Part shown: positions 62,210-64,000 of the stretch, piece by piece
How the letters are laid out: every line of letters starts with the position of its first letter
Numbering within the stretch: position 1 is the first letter of the stretch
NCBI RefSeq assembly: GCF_001949145.1
Contig: NW_019091355.1
Location: 1,492,546 to 1,556,545, forward strand
Length of the DNA stretch: 64,000 nt
From: Acanthaster planci
Taxonomy: Eukaryota
Direction: 5' to 3'
Notes under the pieces: generated by a model
Told to the model about the DNA's origin: nothing
Database searches by the model: none
What the model saw: the letters and a program-made list of their open reading frames with translations, nothing else
Position numbers and translations under genes: made by a program

Positions 62210-64000
62210 CATGTAGTACAAAACCAGTGTATGGACGCGGTTGTGCCACGGTGCTTCCCACAAGCTGTCGCCCCCACGTTGATTACAGAGCGCCCTCTAC
62301 AATGATTTGCGCGGGAACCCAAAGATCGTTAAAGTTTAGGAGGGAGCGCAGGGGAAAATATCAACATCCAGCCTAGAAAAAGGGTTTATCAGCGCGTTGA
62401 AATCAAAGCTTGAGTTATTCGGTAAAAATGGCAGCTAATTTTTAACAAGAACTTCTGGGACCACAGTTCTGGGGTGGGGTTTGCGACATGCTACGCTGAG
62501 TGGTTTTACGTCTTGGTCGATAAAGTGAAAGTCCGTCGCTCACACCTGGCAACTTGCCAGGTTCCTTGGCCTTGGCTCTGTTAAGGTAAACATCACTTTG
62601 GCTCGTGGTCCGTACGTCAGATACGCCCTGCATTAGCCGAGGCTGCGGAACGAACATACTCCTTACAGATCGACTCGTTATAACGTCGGCTCAGAAACAG
62701 TGACAAGTTTTTTATCAAGGGTCCGGGACAGCTTGAGCGCACAACGATCATCCTCTGGACTTCGATAAAGAGCATATTTCATGTGGTACACATCGTCTGC
62801 AATTACACACACCGGGGCTTTATGAGCTGCCTTCATAGTTTTGACACCCCCCTCCTCACTTTTGCTAGGCCGTCCAGGAACAAACTCCTGCTACCTACGT
62901 TTGCTCTTTTCAGGTGAACGAGGATGACATCATCATCTAGTCGGCTTTACCGCCTCTAATCAAATCAACGCCCTGCCGATGGAGCCAGCTGACTGCGGCT
63001 TATCAGACGAAATCTGGGGGCCTGATCCGAGTGTTCAACTCCAGCCGCATGCATCTCAATCTTTTTTTTTTTTTTTTTTTTTGCTTAGTAATGCCCGGTG
63101 ATTTTCAGGAAACAATGTGCGCCACTCTGGATCCTCGTGTACACGCGCATCGTTAAGGGGTGAGAGGGTGGGAACGTCGCTTCGTAGGGAAAAAAAAACT
63201 TACAAGTGTCCCTTAGCAAAAGTTACCGGGCCGGCAACTGTCGCCAGGCAGCGTGACATGCTGGCACTTCGGCCAAAAGTGGGTCTAGACTTGGTGTCTC
63301 CTTCTCTTCAGCGCGGGATAAAAAGGGCCCAATTAAGCGGAAAGCCACTTTCGCAATGGGGGAAGCGACCGCGCTGTGCCGTCACAACTGCCAGCGCTCC
63401 CATCGCCCTTAGAGCGCGGGAAGTTACCGAGTGTTGTTCCAGTCTATACCCCGGGCTCCCGTCCTTGCCTCGACAAGTGATGCCGTCAGGAGCCCTGTGC
63501 AGTCCCGCGGCCTTGTCGGCACGGCAGCAAACGAACGTGAGGGGTTCCACATCACGACCTCTTTTCATGTGCAGCAAACCCGGACTTCATCGACACTGAA
63601 CCGTAAAACCAGGCAAATACCGTTTTGAATACCCAGCCAGCCAACCCGGATACGTTACACACACCGAATCCCAAAAACAAAAACCTGGAACTTCGTAGTT
63701 CTTTGGACTCCACTCAAGTAAACACTTTGATCGGGTGGCTCTACATGAACGCAACACCATGAGAATTTTCTCCACCAAGCACACGGCAATAATGCTGTTC
63801 CAGTGGACAAGTTGTTGCTTAATCTACGCAATAGTTGCCAGCCTCCTCGCAAGACATGGTAGGTCTATCCCCTTGCTCTGCCCTCATTATCATTGAAATA
63901 ACCCCTCTCTTTATTATCTACCTCATTTTCGAGCAGCTTTTATCCTTCCTTTCAATACCTGTAATGAATTGGTTTTTACCCCCTGGGTCTTCTGTCAACT

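Noticed and set aside
63117..63599. 160 aa ORF
   Set aside because: GTG start, low-information Arg/Ser/Ala composition, no motif or splice support.

Overview
Eukaryotic, intron-rich DNA, probably from an invertebrate deuterostome such as an echinoderm (weak inference from repeat style). The window is dominated by a cluster of four CLCA-family genes (calcium-activated chloride channel regulator: zinc metalloprotease + Cys-rich + VWA + beta-sheet + FnIII), which I reconstructed exon by exon from GT-AG boundaries and phase. (A) A minus-strand copy with only exons 1-12, lacking FnIII and TM exons. (B, C) Two complete 15-exon membrane-anchored genes with intact HExxH. (D) A divergent but fully open 15-exon paralog whose protease motif reads HEWGY...FNEY, so it is a probable pseudo-protease, with a Ser/Thr-rich stalk. 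Between C and D lies a two-exon orphan gene for a ~210 aa single-pass membrane protein that shares a C-terminal GxxNxxY motif with B and C. A and B are head-to-head and show patchy near-identity suggestive of gene conversion. The rest is non-coding: a Tc1-like element holding a 41-bp minisatellite, several MITE families, tRNA-derived SINE pieces and a LINE 3' end. The first ~12.5 kb is CpG-poor and has no coding sequence I can support.
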